A stretch of DNA of 64,000 nt from an uncultured Pseudomonadota bacterium (GTDB taxonomy: Bacteria > Bdellovibrionota_B > Oligoflexia > Oligoflexales > CAIMVM01), in contig CAIMVM010000330.1 of assembly GCA_903844895.1 (NCBI GenBank), forward strand, positions 9,255 through 73,254, written 5' to 3'. Shown in pieces: positions 47,762 to 56,478 of this stretch. The notes below the pieces were generated by a model that made no database searches, was not told the origin of the DNA, and worked only from the letters and a program-made list of their open reading frames with translations. The position numbers and the translations under genes are program-made. How positions within the stretch are numbered: position 1 is the first letter of the stretch; the number at the start of each line of letters is the position of its first letter.

Positions 47762-48856
47762 ATGAAATGGCAAATTAAAGCAAGTTTATCCCTACTGATT
47801 TGTGCATGCTCTGTACCTGATTCCAAGTCTTCAGAAAACGGAAAGTTAGGGAGTGCTAAAGATCGTTCCCTGGTCTATGCCTCTTTGACGAGTCCATTTG
47901 CGATACGAATTAACCTAACAACCAATCGTCTCAGCTACCTCAATGATGGAGTGGTAGTTGCTCAGTGGAATGTCGCCACGGGAGATGTCACTGGAAAACT
48001 GCATGATGGTCGCCCTCAATTTACACCACCTGGCGTTTATTCTGTGGAAGACTTTGTACATTGTCCTCAGTGGATGCCTAGAAATCCTGTAGATCCAAAG
48101 ACAGGTAAGCCTGTAGAAGACGATGCAAGCCGCATGAGAATTTTTGAAGAGAACCCTAGTATATATGGTGGATGCGGAGCTAACAACCCGTTGGGAAAAT
48201 ACGTGCTTTGGTTTAGTGGCCCCTATGGTTTGCATGGGAATAGCAATGAGTCCGTGTTAAAGCGAGCCACGGCCGACGCAAGACGAGTGAGCGGTGGTTG
48301 TGTGAGAAATCCAAATGAAAAAATAAGTTGGTTATTTCATGACATATTGAATAAGTCAAAAGTTTACAGTGGCTTTAGTAAGAAAGTAAAAACACTTGAG
48401 GCAGAAGGAAATAAAAACACTCTTTCTGGCAACGTAGGAAAATTGGGCATTCGAGTGGTTGTAGACTTTTTTGAAAAAGATATGAACGTTGGTGAATCGA
48501 TGCAGATCGCAAAGAGTATAACAAAAATTGCCAAAGTTTCCACCGTCACAGCACCTGATGACCTAGTACGTGTTCAGGTAAAGACTCCGATTCCTAAAGT
48601 GCCTGAAAACTTTCTTCCAAGTGATGGTCAAGGTGACATTAAAGTCTGCAAAGTAGTCTACGTTGAACGTGACGGTTCTGCAAAAGTATATGCAAAACTA
48701 ACAGACCGCAAATCCGATGTCTTGCGTGAACTTAAAATAGACGAAACCGAAAAGGTATATGGGAATGCTGGCGACTGGTACAAACTCATCGACGGCTATG
48801 TACTCAAATCTCGACTTGGCTGCAATAACGTCACTCAAAATCCAAGGGGAGCCTAA
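47762..48856 (+). CDS. L,D-transpeptidase (YkuD domain) lipoprotein with SH3-like C-terminus
   Basis: Has lipobox LICAC, the YkuD catalytic motif GLHGNSNE...SGGCVRN, and a C-terminal GDWYKL segment. Confidence 0.85.
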   Translation: MKWQIKASLSLLICACSVPDSKSSENGKLGSAKDRSLVYASLTSPFAIRINLTTNRLSYLNDGVVVAQWNVATGDVTGKLHDGRPQFTPPGVYSVEDFVHCPQWMPRNPVDPKTGKPVEDDASRMRIFEENPSIYGGCGANNPLGKYVLWFSGPYGLHGNSNESVLKRATADARRVSGGCVRNPNEKISWLFHDILNKSKVYSGFSKKVKTLEAEGNKNTLSGNVGKLGIRVVVDFFEKDMNVGESMQIAKSITKIAKVSTVTAPDDLVRVQVKTPIPKVPENFLPSDGQGDIKVCKVVYVERDGSAKVYAKLTDRKSDVLRELKIDETEKVYGNAGDWYKLIDGYVLKSRLGCNNVTQNPRGA

Positions 48857-48860
48857 AAAA

Positions 48861-49703
48861 ATGATTGATAAGTTTCTATTGCCATTAAACCAATTGGGAT
48901 CAGCAATACGAAAGAATACTTCAAATGAAAGCATTATTGCACTTTGCGAGTCCGCGTCTACGCTGCCTTTTCGCACAGCAGCGTGGATTCGCGGCACTAC
49001 AGAAGTAGCCCGAGGCAGAGCTAACTATATTACAGATGTACGTCCATTTTTTTTAGATCCTATGGCTTCCATTTTTATGGGCAAAGACGCTTGTATTGAA
49101 CTCGCCCCCTGGGATCATGATTTCCTAGCGAAGGGGCAGTCAAAAGAACATGGGCTGCCAGTTATTCGTGGATTTCCAAATGCATCGGGTATTGGAATTG
49201 ACCCGCATTGGGATTACGTAAGTCCCAGTGTCACCCATCGAACCCGAATTTTTTTGCGAAGGGGGTCCAAGCTTCGAATAGGTCCAAATTCTCTCATATA
49301 CCGTGGTTGCTACCTCAGGCTGTGGGCTGGGACTAGTCTCGATATTGGCTGCAACGTCGTTGTCGCAAACGATACCATTATCAATTCCCGGAGCGGACTT
49401 ACAATTGGGCATGGTTCGATGATCGGTCAAAGAGTATTAATTATGGACTATGACGGTCACCCGGTCTTCAAGAAGGACGGAACGCTACTGGTGGAGCGTT
49501 ATGGCGGCGATGTACAAAAAATTTCCATCGGCAAGGGCGTTTGGATTGGAACTGGAGCCATGATTCTTAAAGGCGCATCCATAGGGGATGGAGCAATTGT
49601 CGGAGCTGGCAGCGTGGTTACCGGACACGTTCCGCCAAATTCCATAGTCGCGGGAAACCCTGCAAAGGTTGTAAGGGAGGACATTACATGGACCAAATAT
49701 TGA
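48861..49703 (+). CDS. hexapeptide-repeat (LbH) acetyltransferase
   Basis: The ATG at 48861 lies 4 nt after the transpeptidase stop. Left-handed beta-helix repeats are present: IGHGSMIGQRVLI, IGKGVWIGTGAMIL, IGDGAIVGAGSVV and AGNPAKV. Confidence 0.8.
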   Translation: MIDKFLLPLNQLGSAIRKNTSNESIIALCESASTLPFRTAAWIRGTTEVARGRANYITDVRPFFLDPMASIFMGKDACIELAPWDHDFLAKGQSKEHGLPVIRGFPNASGIGIDPHWDYVSPSVTHRTRIFLRRGSKLRIGPNSLIYRGCYLRLWAGTSLDIGCNVVVANDTIINSRSGLTIGHGSMIGQRVLIMDYDGHPVFKKDGTLLVERYGGDVQKISIGKGVWIGTGAMILKGASIGDGAIVGAGSVVTGHVPPNSIVAGNPAKVVREDITWTKY

Positions 49704-49892
49704 GAATCGCACTATTTTCGGCTATGTTATTTGCCATCGATATAAATCGCATCGAAGCCGCTGAGTCCAAAAATTGACTACGCATTCCTTTAGCATCCAC
49801 GCATATATCGCTTGATCCCAGTGGATTGCAGCGTCAATCGTGAAGTTTTTTTCCAAGAAGATTAACTTTAGGTTATAGAGCGAGATTATTGC

Positions 49893-51659
49893 ATGAATTC
49901 TAAGATACAATTTGTTCTGTCCTATTTCGTATTTTCGTGTGCCGCTCAGCTAATCTCAATCGGAAGCATCGTGGCAGCAGCTCTAGGCTACGATGGCGTA
50001 ATCAAGACGGCCATCATTGTTGGGGTTCAAGCTGTCGCTAACCTCGTCGCGCTCACTCTAGTGAATTCACGGGCGGCAACATCGACTCTTGTTCCAAGTC
50101 TCGGCTTTCCCTTTGTCGCAATATTCATTGCAATAGCGGCAGTTAATTCCTTTCTCTCTCTCGCGTGGTTCGCGTGTTGGTTTGCAAGTTTGGTGGTTGC
50201 GGCATTGCTAACAGCCAGTCTGACGGCGCATGTCCGCGGATTTTTTGCTGAAGAGTGGCAGTCACTCAATCGTTTCGTCCAAATGGCGCATGTAGCGTCT
50301 GCACTGGTTGCGTTTGCGGCAAGCCCGATCATGTATACGTATCTAGGTCTTTCATCTATATTCTATACGTCCGCTGGTATGATTGTCCTGTCATTCGTTA
50401 CCTTTCAGATTTCTTGTCGTACCTATCAAGAAAAGAAATCGATTTATGCTCCTTCCAATACTTCAAAGATTGGGGAAAGATCTGAATTTGATAGATCTAA
50501 TTATGGCTTTGCCATGAATTTGTTTTATTGGTGCACTCTCGGCTTGTTCACTGTGGTTGAGGTCAATATCCTCAAACATCGTTTTGATGCATCAGCATCT
50601 ACGATTTCGTCAATATTCGTGGTGGCTATTCTGACCTCCCTTTTGACATTGCGCGTCCTGCCACTTGACCGACTTATCAAGAATCCAGCCTATTTTATAT
50701 TTGTAGCCGCCGCAATGGCATGCGGTTTTAGCGTGCTATATTTCAATACAAAAAGTATATACATTGTCTATCTCTCAATCGTAGGAATGGGAATTGCAGA
50801 TGGCTGTTTTAAACTCTCAATCTCAATGATCTTGCAGCAAATTACTTCTGAAACAATTCGCCTCAAGGCATTTGTTAAGCAGCGCCTCGCACAATACTTA
50901 GGCACTTTGGTGGCCGTAATGCTTCTCGCTTTTTTCGATCAAGGAAATAGTCCCATGTTGCTGACTAGCATCGCAGTGGGGACCGCATTGATGATGATGG
51001 TAGTATCATCGCGGTACCGTGGGAGATTGACTCCTGCAATCATCATAGCCCCTATCGCATTTGTGCTTATGCCTGCAGTTGGTAAAGCTGACGTCTTTAT
51101 GGTTGGCCTACCTTCCACTCCGTCTCAGCTTGATCCGAGCAGAGTCACGGACGTATCAACTGCTGCGATCACCGGGCAGGTTTTTGATTCCCTTTATGAG
51201 TATACGGTGACTAATGACTTGGTTCCTCGCCTGGCAAAGAAGCATATCCTTTCGCCTGATGGGCTTCAAATTCGCATTACCTTAGATCAAACTCAGCGTT
51301 TTTCCGATGGTGCGAATTTGCGAGCGACTGACGTCGAAAAGTCGCTAATACGGACAATCTCGATTTTAAAAGAAGAGTCTCGATGGGCTTTTGGTAATAT
51401 CAAAGGTTTTGATGCCTTTATTACTGGCTCAACAAAATCTTGCGAAGGAATCCGAGCCTTGTCTGAGGACACTATAGAATTCAAGTTTGATCGCCCATTT
51501 CCGCTATTCTTAAAGATTCTAGCTACACCATATTTCGCGATTTCCAAGTCAAGTTCGACTAATCAACAGATTGGTACAGGCGAATTTATGATTAAATCTC
51601 GAGATTCGGGCGTGGTGATCTTGGCCCGGAAAAATAATCTTGAACCGAAAAAAAATTGA
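49893..51659 (+). CDS. MFS-like polytopic membrane domain fused to the N-terminal part of a family-5 solute-binding domain; reading frame ends inside an A8 tract
   Basis: There are about 12-13 hydrophobic spans in the first ~395 aa. These are followed by SBP_bac_5-type sequence (LDPSRVTDVSTAAITGQVFDSLYEY, RFSDGANLRATDV). The stop TGA at 51657 comes immediately after A8. Confidence 0.7.
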   Translation: MNSKIQFVLSYFVFSCAAQLISIGSIVAAALGYDGVIKTAIIVGVQAVANLVALTLVNSRAATSTLVPSLGFPFVAIFIAIAAVNSFLSLAWFACWFASLVVAALLTASLTAHVRGFFAEEWQSLNRFVQMAHVASALVAFAASPIMYTYLGLSSIFYTSAGMIVLSFVTFQISCRTYQEKKSIYAPSNTSKIGERSEFDRSNYGFAMNLFYWCTLGLFTVVEVNILKHRFDASASTISSIFVVAILTSLLTLRVLPLDRLIKNPAYFIFVAAAMACGFSVLYFNTKSIYIVYLSIVGMGIADGCFKLSISMILQQITSETIRLKAFVKQRLAQYLGTLVAVMLLAFFDQGNSPMLLTSIAVGTALMMMVVSSRYRGRLTPAIIIAPIAFVLMPAVGKADVFMVGLPSTPSQLDPSRVTDVSTAAITGQVFDSLYEYTVTNDLVPRLAKKHILSPDGLQIRITLDQTQRFSDGANLRATDVEKSLIRTISILKEESRWAFGNIKGFDAFITGSTKSCEGIRALSEDTIEFKFDRPFPLFLKILATPYFAISKSSSTNQQIGTGEFMIKSRDSGVVILARKNNLEPKKN

Positions 51660-52461
51660 ATTTCGATCGTATAATGACGCATCGAACCTCGTGGCATTTG
51701 ATTTTAGGATTATCGCGTCAGATGCAGAAATGGTGCTTTTCCCTCCTGAAAAATATGAGAGTCGAGAATTTAATCTCCTTCAAACGATTATTCTTCAGCT
51801 GAACGCTGGACGGAAAGAATTCGCGACTGGCGACGAGAGATGTCGTTTTAGCGCTGCCTTTGCTGAGGAGTCAGCTAAGCAATATAAATGGTCTAAGTTA
51901 TCAGAAGGCCTCCCGTTTTGGACCGACTTTTATGGAAAGACGAAGTTGCCAATAGCTTCGTCGAAAAAAGGTACCAAAGTCACCATCTTGTATGCGAATT
52001 CGGTGGGTCACTTCTCGACTGCGAACAATGATAAAATAAGGGACAAGCTTCTTGCTTCCGGCTATAATATTGAGTTTAAACGACTTGATAGCGCAGACCT
52101 GATCGCCCGCATGCGAGCGAAAAATTATACGGCCACCTTATGGGGTTTTTTGCCGGACTATATCGATCCAGATGCGCTCCTATCTCCTCTCGTGCGGTCA
52201 GGTCAACAGTACAACTGGTCGTCATTCAACAATAAGGCTGTTGACACCTTGTTGGAGCTTGGCGGTAGTGGACTTGATGGTATTGTTCGAAAGCAGATTT
52301 ATGACAAAGTTTTTGATGCCATGGGTAAAGATTGCAGAATATCATTTCTTGGGAGTGAACATGGTCGATATGTCGTCAGTCGTAAATGGGACTTTTCTGG
52401 GCTTAGTGGACTCGGCATGCTAACTGCAAGATTTCGTGATGTAAAAAGGAGAGCTCCTTGA
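51640..52461 (+). CDS. C-terminal part of the same family-5 solute-binding domain (+1 frame relative to the previous ORF)
   Basis: The sequence continues the SBP5 fold (TLWGFLPDYIDPDALLSPLV, SFNNKAVDTLL). It has no signal peptide of its own and no credible SD. Confidence 0.65.
   Translation: MNRKKIEFRSYNDASNLVAFDFRIIASDAEMVLFPPEKYESREFNLLQTIILQLNAGRKEFATGDERCRFSAAFAEESAKQYKWSKLSEGLPFWTDFYGKTKLPIASSKKGTKVTILYANSVGHFSTANNDKIRDKLLASGYNIEFKRLDSADLIARMRAKNYTATLWGFLPDYIDPDALLSPLVRSGQQYNWSSFNNKAVDTLLELGGSGLDGIVRKQIYDKVFDAMGKDCRISFLGSEHGRYVVSRKWDFSGLSGLGMLTARFRDVKRRAP
51648..51655. repeat. A8 homopolymer at the frameshift junction
   Basis: Eight A counted. Removing one A joins the two frames as ...NNLEPKKIEFRSYND... 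Confidence 0.95.
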
Positions 52462-53816
52462 AACCAGGATACGCAGCTATATTTGAGCAGCTCACAAGGT
52501 CTATGGAACATGAGACCAGTTTGATCGACCTTTTTTTGACCATGGTTCCGTCTGGATCGATTGCAGAAATCGGTGCGGGACATGGTCGCCTAGTGCCTTT
52601 TTTTTCTGATCGCGAAGTCTTCTATATTGAAAATGATGAAGATATGGTCGCCCGTTTGGCAGAAAGATTTCCGAATATTGTGAACACGATTGTGAAACGA
52701 AGCGCCTGGAATACAAAAATTCCGACTGGTAGTGTTGCTGCCGCTCATTTTTCTCCGAATGCAATTTGCGAAATGCAGCCAGTGTACTTTTGTTTAAGTG
52801 AGGCGAGTCGCATAGTGTCGGATGATGGTGTTATTTTGTTTACTGCGACAAACCCATTGACGAATATGCCGCATGCTTACACCAAATTCCGAGAAGTAGC
52901 TTGCGACGATTATGTAGAAACATCCCATGTGATTACCTATCCGACGCCAACTCATGGGCCAAACTGGTTCGAGACTAAGATTACTTTGAGAAATATGGAG
53001 GGGGAAACTACTGTTATTGTCAGCCAGGTTTTACCAAAACCAGAGTATTGGATTAAGATAATGTCTAACATGGGTTTCATTCTTGAACTTGCAACTGAAA
53101 ACCGTTCCCATCAGGCCGCTGATCTATCATCAAGCAAACTTATTTCCTATTTCTTCCGCAAGAAAGCAGATTCAGAAGCTTCGCAGGGACCTGTACAAAG
53201 AGTCTATGATCTAATCGCTCCCACCTACAATGAGTTTTCTAGAAATGCCAAGGAACAGTCTACTAATTGGTTTAAACAAAGCTTAAAAAGCGAGTCGCCT
53301 CCTAAATTTTCTCGCTTTCTTGATTTGGCTTGCGGTACAGGCAAAATTGGGGCCGTAATTCGTGAATACGACTCGGCCGCTAAAGTTTTTGGTCTCGACT
53401 TTAGCGCGAAGATGGTGACGATTGCTACTAACACGGGGAACTTTGCAGCAGTCGCCTGCGCTGACTTAAATGACGGGATCCCACTTGTGGAAGATGGATT
53501 TTTCGATTACATATCTGGCATTAGCTTCATGGAGTTCATCGCCGATCCAGTCAAAATTCTTAAGGATATTCGTCGACTCCTAGCACATCATGGAAAAGCG
53601 TGGATCACTTTTGAATTGCGAACTGAGACATCTCCGACTCCCGGGTTGCCAAATCCAAAAACTGGGCTCTCTTTCTATAGTTATACTACGGATGATGTTC
53701 GAGGGATGATTGCGCAGGCAGGGCTGAAGCTCAATGATTTGACTACGGGATTTGGGTATGAGGCGCAACTTGATAGTCGCCATGTAGAATATATATATTG
53801 TGAGGTAGCGAAGTAA
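52458..53816 (+). CDS. tandem double class-I SAM-dependent methyltransferase
   Basis: Two separate motif-I glycine loops are present: IAEIGAGHGRL near residue 35 and FLDLACGTGKIG near residue 290. Each is followed by an acidic beta-2 end (YIENDEDM and FGLDFSAKM). The TTG start overlaps the upstream TGA and lies behind an AGGAG. Confidence 0.8.
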   Translation: MKPGYAAIFEQLTRSMEHETSLIDLFLTMVPSGSIAEIGAGHGRLVPFFSDREVFYIENDEDMVARLAERFPNIVNTIVKRSAWNTKIPTGSVAAAHFSPNAICEMQPVYFCLSEASRIVSDDGVILFTATNPLTNMPHAYTKFREVACDDYVETSHVITYPTPTHGPNWFETKITLRNMEGETTVIVSQVLPKPEYWIKIMSNMGFILELATENRSHQAADLSSSKLISYFFRKKADSEASQGPVQRVYDLIAPTYNEFSRNAKEQSTNWFKQSLKSESPPKFSRFLDLACGTGKIGAVIREYDSAAKVFGLDFSAKMVTIATNTGNFAAVACADLNDGIPLVEDGFFDYISGISFMEFIADPVKILKDIRRLLAHHGKAWITFELRTETSPTPGLPNPKTGLSFYSYTTDDVRGMIAQAGLKLNDLTTGFGYEAQLDSRHVEYIYCEVAK

Positions 53817-53819
53817 AAT

Positions 53820-55760
53820 ATGCGTATTTCGAAACTGTTAATTCGACGTGTTGCCGCAATGTCAGGCCTCTATGTCTTTATGATTGGTCTAATGTTAGTT
53901 GTTTACGTAAATTCTTTATTTGCTAGAGAAATTAAAGAGGTTTCCGAAGCTGAAGTTAGGACAATTGAACACATAGTTGAGCAATACTATGGTGTGGGTG
54001 ACCTTGTTAATTTGCGAATTGGACTCAATGCATTTGCCAAGCGTGAGTCGATTGTTGAGGCGGAATTAACTAATGTCGATGGTCAAGTTATTTGGTCTGT
54101 ACATTCACAAGTATCTAGCGTCTCGCAAAACGTCGATTGGGATCTTTTTAGATATTTTTTTCTGGCAAATGGTGATTCTAATAAGTTAGTCCTACAGCGT
54201 TCGGTGATCAAGAACTGGAAAGATGAGGATATTTGTACTGTTGCCTGGAAACGGTCTCTGAATCATGAGTGGGCCGAACATCGACGACAGCTGGGTGTGT
54301 TTGCATTGGCGATTCTTGCATCATGGCTGCTCTATTTGGCGATCTTGCGACACGTAGCTACTAGGACATTGAGTCCAATGCATCAAATGAGTGAACGTGT
54401 TCGAGGGATTGGGAATTCAATTTCACTGACTCTTTTAGATGATCGTGGTGAGGACGAAATTCAGATGACTACAAGGTGGTTCCGGGAACTCGCAGAGGCC
54501 TGGGGGGAAGAGTCAAAAAGGGCTATTGAGGCGCAAAAGGCGGAAGCGATCGCCCGCACCACCCAAATGCTGGCCCATGACGTTCGCAAGCCTTTTTCTA
54601 TGCTTCGTGTGGGTCTGGCTATGCTAGGTAAAGCCAAGGACCCGGAAAGTGTCAAGAGGGTGATGTCTCGCGTCGTTCCGGAGATTGACCGGGCTATGAT
54701 TAGCGTCGACGGAATGCTTGCTGATGTGATGGAAGTGGGTTCTACATCAGGTATGTTGATTCAAGAACCAGTAAGTCCTGAGTCTCTGCTTGAATCGACA
54801 CTTGGAGATGTTGTTCGGATGTATCCTGAGGCGGATATTTCCCTGTCGTATGACCTTAATCATACACACATGGCTAATGTCCACATTCAGAAAATAAGCA
54901 GGGTATTCTCCAACATCGTTGGCAACTCTTTCCAAGCAATGAGATATAGGGGTTCCATGTGGTTTAGTACTTTTGAGTCAGATGGCATGATTAGGTTCTG
55001 CATAGGTAATGATGGCTCATGGATTCCCGAAGAAAATCTACCCAATCTCTTTGACGCTTTTTTTACTAGTGGCAAAAAAGGCGGCACCGGTTTGGGTCTT
55101 GCTATTGCACAAAAAGTGGTAACTGCTCACGGCGGCAAGATTTGGTGTGAATCAAGTAAGACTCCAGAGCGCCCTGAGGGCAAGGTGGAATTCTTCTTTA
55201 CAATGCCTGTTTCTAACCAAGTTAATTCAGCGACTGCAAATCTTCCGAAACACAGCTCTGACATCGCAAAACAATTGACCTTGTTAACTGAAACTAATTC
55301 CTCCTTAACAAGCATGGACAGGGGAGAGTTATCACTTGAAGAAGACATTGTGGCAGCGCATTTGTCTATGGGGTGCGCTTTGCGGGTTTTGATTGTGGAT
55401 GACGAATCTATCTACAGGAGTGCTTTGGTGTCACATATGACAAGAACCCCGGAGTTAAGTAAAGCGTTAGTACTTACGCAGGCTGATAGCTCTACTGGCG
55501 CACTGCAGGCAGTTGGAGACCAAGAATACGACCTCATTATTACAGATGTCGACATGGGCAAAATGTCGCTAAATGGCTTTGAACTCGTGACCGAATTGAG
55601 AGGCCGTGGGTCCAAAGCGCTAATTTGTGTTCACTCTAACCGCATCATTGCCGCAGACAATAAGACTGCGATCGAGGCTGGAGCTGACAGTTTTATACCA
55701 AAACCCATGGCTCACGCGCAGCTTCTGAGGCTACTTCTGCAAGCCGCTTCCGCGAGATAG
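53820..55760 (+). CDS. hybrid sensor histidine kinase / response regulator
   Basis: Two TM spans flank an extracytoplasmic domain of about 130 aa. It has H-box MLAHDVRKPF, N-box NIVGNSFQA, G-box GGTGLGLAIAQ and a C-terminal receiver (VLIVDDES, DLIITDVDMG, PKP). Confidence 0.9.
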   Translation: MRISKLLIRRVAAMSGLYVFMIGLMLVVYVNSLFAREIKEVSEAEVRTIEHIVEQYYGVGDLVNLRIGLNAFAKRESIVEAELTNVDGQVIWSVHSQVSSVSQNVDWDLFRYFFLANGDSNKLVLQRSVIKNWKDEDICTVAWKRSLNHEWAEHRRQLGVFALAILASWLLYLAILRHVATRTLSPMHQMSERVRGIGNSISLTLLDDRGEDEIQMTTRWFRELAEAWGEESKRAIEAQKAEAIARTTQMLAHDVRKPFSMLRVGLAMLGKAKDPESVKRVMSRVVPEIDRAMISVDGMLADVMEVGSTSGMLIQEPVSPESLLESTLGDVVRMYPEADISLSYDLNHTHMANVHIQKISRVFSNIVGNSFQAMRYRGSMWFSTFESDGMIRFCIGNDGSWIPEENLPNLFDAFFTSGKKGGTGLGLAIAQKVVTAHGGKIWCESSKTPERPEGKVEFFFTMPVSNQVNSATANLPKHSSDIAKQLTLLTETNSSLTSMDRGELSLEEDIVAAHLSMGCALRVLIVDDESIYRSALVSHMTRTPELSKALVLTQADSSTGALQAVGDQEYDLIITDVDMGKMSLNGFELVTELRGRGSKALICVHSNRIIAADNKTAIEAGADSFIPKPMAHAQLLRLLLQAASAR

Positions 55761-55824
55761 CTGCGGGCCCAGAATTTAGCGCAAAAGGCAAATGGTGAAG
55801 GGAAATAAAAAGGTTGAACTTTGA

Positions 55825-55852
55825 TTGACAGATTCTGAAGTGTAGTTACTAT
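55825..55852 (+). promoter_or_regulatory. candidate sigma70 promoter of the TA locus
   Basis: Reads TTGACA (55825-55830), N16, TACTAT (55847-55852), immediately upstream of the 13-bp repeat array. Confidence 0.35.
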
Positions 55853-55916
55853 GTAGCTCAGCTGTGTAGCTCAGCTGTGTAGCTCAGCTGTGTAGCTCAG
55901 CTGTGCAGCTTAGAGG
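55841..55916. repeat. 13-bp tandem repeat (TGTAGCTCAGCTG), 4 perfect copies flanked by degenerate copies
   Basis: Perfect units lie at 55852, 55865, 55878 and 55891, with degenerate units at 55841 and 55904. Each unit contains the CAGCTG palindrome. Confidence 0.9.
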
Positions 55917-55922
55917 TTAGTT

Positions 55923-56210
55923 ATGCAAATTTATGGTGCGGAATCGATACTTCATAAAATCGAAACAACTCACGGGGTGACCTTGATCGAGATTTAAGAA
56001 GCTTTTTTCCTTCACAAAGGGCATAGGCTTATCGACGATCGTGGACGAAATAAGACTACTCCGCCAACGGTATGGTTTATCGGTGAGACTTCCAGTGGTA
56101 GCCTGCTTAAAATTGTTATTATCCCGTATCTCGATAAGGGTATTTGTGTCTTACGCACGGCATACGAACCAGATTTAACAGAGGTGAGGCTTTATGAGCA
56201 AAATAACTAA
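55923..56210 (+). pseudogene. BrnT-like (DUF497-type) toxin gene interrupted by an in-frame TAA
   Basis: The frame from ATG 55923 reads MQIYGAESILHKIETTHGVTLIEI, then TAA (55995-55997), then continues in the same frame as EAFF...WFIGETSSGSLLKIVIIPY...LRTAYEPDLTEVRLYEQ up to the TAA at 56208. No start codon follows the internal stop. The 3' end overlaps the antitoxin ATG. Confidence 0.55.
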
Positions 56211-56478
56211 AAAAGAAATGGAAAAAATCTCTAAGGAAGCCTTGAATGATGGCGACCAAGAGAGGTGGGAGAATAAAGAACTAGGCAATTCCGTTGAATT
56301 TGCGAGGCGAGTTAACCCAACAGCAATGGATAAGTTAGAGCCTACCTCAATTCGATTGCCCCATTCGCTGATTATTGACCTTCGGGCTCTTGCGGAGGCG
56401 GAGGGATTTAGTAGTTACCAGACTTACCTTAAAGTAGTATTGACTCAACATGTGAAGGAGAAAAAAAAGGCCGGTTGA
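56194..56478 (+). CDS. BrnA-like / CopG-type ribbon-helix-helix antitoxin
   Basis: The C-terminal TSIRLPHSLIIDLRALAEAEGFSSYQTYLKVVLTQHV resembles the BrnA pattern (RL....l...K..A...G.gYQt.i...L). Confidence 0.7.
   Translation: MSKITKKEMEKISKEALNDGDQERWENKELGNSVEFARRVNPTAMDKLEPTSIRLPHSLIIDLRALAEAEGFSSYQTYLKVVLTQHVKEKKKAG

Noticed and set aside
5030-55916. Whether any of the four tandem repeat arrays (5030, 9311, 30505, 55841) could be CRISPR arrays.
   Set aside because: The units are contiguous with no spacers, are only 11-15 bp long, and no cas genes are present.
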